A DNA stretch of 63,862 nt, the filler included, from Octopus bimaculoides (lineage: Eukaryota): assembly GCF_001194135.2 (NCBI RefSeq). It is 9 parts of 9 records of this genome, joined end to end, with 100 filler letters (N's around TTAATTAATTAA, not from the genome) between each part and the next. Parts side by side here need not be neighbours in the genome. Positions count along the whole stretch, not along the records: positions 57,551 to 61,850 come from NC_068982.1; positions 61,951 to 63,862 come from NW_026358564.1; 7 more parts are not named here. The stretch is one strand, 5' to 3'. Positions 61,749 to 63,862 of the stretch are shown here, one piece after another (the first letter of the stretch is position 1; each line of letters opens with the position of its first letter). The position numbers and the translations under genes are program-made. The notes beneath the pieces are model-generated. The model did not search any database. It was not told the origin of the DNA and saw nothing but the letters and a program-made list of their open reading frames with translations.

Positions 61749-62139
61749 TTAGGGATAAAAATCCAAAATTACGGGTAAAAACTCAATTAAAATCAATTCA
61801 TTAGAAATTAAAATTAAATTAAGTTTCACAGTATTAAATATATATATATANNNNNNNNNNNNNNNNNNNNNNNNNNNNNNNNNNNNNNNNNNNNTTAATT
61901 AATTAANNNNNNNNNNNNNNNNNNNNNNNNNNNNNNNNNNNNNNNNNNNNATATATATACAGAATAATATCAGGGAAATATATATTGGGTTTAATGCATG
62001 TATATACGTAAACAATGTGCATGCTTCGCAAAATTTATTCATTCTATTACACACACTCAGAATTATCATTAGCATTAATATTTATATGATCAGCTTGTTA
62101 CCGAAGATACATTGATGTACTGTCTGTTCACTTCTCTTG

Positions 62140-62630
62140 GCATATTCGTATTAATTCTCGAGATATTTGCAGAGATTCTTTGCACTACTAAGTAATAATG
62201 TCTTCTGAATGTGTTGTATTGTCATTTGTATATAGAATACAATACAAGTCTTCCATTGGCTATAGCTGTTTGGCTTTTCTCCCCGTAGCTTTTTATCTCG
62301 TCTGTGTTTATCGTTCTTTAAGCGATATCTACAATCAGGCATGATTTTATTGCCTCGTCTAGAAGGCTTCCGATGTTTGATTCAAAGATTTCATTGCATC
62401 ATGAAGGCCTACAATATCTTTATTTCGGCATTTTCTTCCACACACTTTGGGTAATGTTCATACCACTTTTCTCATCTCTTTCCTATCTAAATTTCTTACA
62501 TATCTCTTAGTGAACCATTCTATCGACATTGTCATGCTTTTTCTTGTAATCTATTTGACGCAATGTACTGTATTCGATTAAAATATGTCACTCTGTTTCG
62601 CCAATCTTGCCATTTCCGCCATACATTCTC
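62140..62630 (-). pseudogene. R4/Dong-like C-terminal fragment truncated at the CCHC knuckle, abutting (AAT)n
   Basis: GETE*HILIEYSTLRQIDYKKKHDNVDRMVH*EICKKF; WYEHYPKCVEENAEIKIL; IKHRKP; IQKTLLLSSAKNLCKYLEN*. Confidence 0.8.
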
Positions 62631-62694
<64 letters not shown>

Positions 62695-63231
62695 GAGCGC
62701 GAGAGCAGCGCATGCTATCAAAGTGACACTAGAGTAAAATATACGAAGCCCATTATATCCATCATGACTACCCGTTTGATAAGGGTACACCAGGCACATG
62801 CATCACAACCATATGTGCGCGACATGGTGATCTTATATCAGAATAAACAGCGCATGGCCTTGCAGATGGGGTCCAGTTAGAATTTTCTTCAGGTTGAGTA
62901 GCCCATCCCGCTCTAATGGTCTCTGAATAAGGCTTGTTTAAGGATGTTGAACGACACACCATGTTTCAAAAGGTGAATTATCAAAACACCAAAGAATTCC
63001 TCTTAGCTCATGGCTATGATGCTCCACCACTACTTCTGCTCGTGATCAGAGATGCATATATCGTCAGTCGGTTAAAGTCAAACAACCGACAAGCAAATCT
63101 GTGGTATCGAGCAGAATATTTGTTGTAGCCCATCTTTTATACTAAAACAAATCAATGTACATGATAACACTTCCAATCAGTTAAGATCAAAAGCCATACG
63201 AGAACCGCTGCCTGGTACTGCATCACGGCAT
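62695..63231. mobile_element. (AAT)n-flanked non-coding element, copy 2 (inverted relative to copy 1; small internal deletion)
   Basis: Colinear end to end with the reverse complement of 50524-51081. Confidence 0.85.
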
Positions 63232-63240
63232 TTATTATAC

Positions 63241-63345
63241 CTTCCGAGGCACAAGTCCAGGCAAGGTTGTTTATAGAAGACCAGCAGTCGGCAATGCATA
63301 CCAGCCTCCCCTCTTCACACCACTGATTTTATCCAAGGGAAAGGC
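63241..63345 (-). mobile_element. SINE family C fragment
   Basis: CCGAGGCACAAGTCCAGGCAAGGTTGTTTATAGAAGACCAGCAG...CCAAGGGAAAGGC matches 32155-32260. Confidence 0.8.
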
Positions 63346-63790
63346 TTGGAAGAAATACGTACTGCAATTAAAAATCTTTCGAACGGTAAAGCTCCTGAAG
63401 AAGACAATATTCTTATAGAAGTATTCCAGCAATGATGGTAGACAGCTTGTGAGAAAGCTGTGAAAATTGATCTGTTTGATCTGAGAAACTGGATCTGTTT
63501 GGCATCAGTTCAAAAATACATCTATAACGCACTTGTACAAAAGCAAAAGGAAACAGTGAGTTGACAATTCAGTGTAGATGGACTGGACATGTTCGAATGC
63601 AAGATGATCGCATTCCGAAAATTCTTTTGTATGACCAACAAGTAGAGGGATTCCACAGTAAAGGAAAACCTATCCTTAGGTCAAAGGAGAGGTTGGAACA
63701 TTCCGTATTGCCTAGACCGATCAGAATAGCTTAAAATGTGTCAGGATGTATCTAAACCATTTGAGTTGAAGAAACAGCACAATAAAAGAA
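63346..63790 (+). pseudogene. RTE (BovB-like) LINE remnant with a large internal deletion
   Basis: LEEIRTAIKNLSNGKAPEEDNILIEVF...FKNTSITHLYK (RT N-terminus) joined to QCRWTGHVRMQDDRIPKILLY (C-terminal tail). Confidence 0.8.
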
Positions 63791-63862
63791 TAATATCCTG
63801 CAGTCAACAGAATCCCTTCGAAATTTTATCCCTAATAGTGGTTTGGAACTTAGCTGTTCTTT

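Overview
AT-rich, repeat-dense eukaryotic draft scaffold with many N gaps and microsatellites. The SINE families look like those I recall from octopus/coleoid cephalopod genomes (inference, not a database result). No intact cellular gene, rRNA, tRNA gene or CRISPR array can be supported; most supplied ORFs are microsatellite or N artefacts. The window is a layered transposon landscape: four tRNA-head SINE families; decayed LINE pieces (R4/Dong-like, RTE, L1/Tx1, I/Jockey-group); a Penelope-like RT fragment; a 1-kb internally deleted LTR element; and hAT-, piggyBac-like and other MITEs, several with readable TSDs. The most interesting signal is at 56.7-59.0 kb, where three unrelated short elements embedded in (TA)n tracts each carry a hammerhead-ribozyme-like motif: (i) one whose three core strands occur in reversed, non-circularly permuted order, giving a pseudoknotted hammerhead; (ii) an extended type I hammerhead with a compensatory U3-A8 core inside a ~185-nt fold; (iii) a minimal type I hammerhead with an A6U change. 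Also notable: an apparently ORF1-only L1/Tx1-like insertion with a 15-bp TSD inside a SINE, a ~550-bp (AAT)n-embedded non-coding element present twice, and an in-place inversion of an R4/Dong RT. A few weak candidate exons are reported at low confidence.
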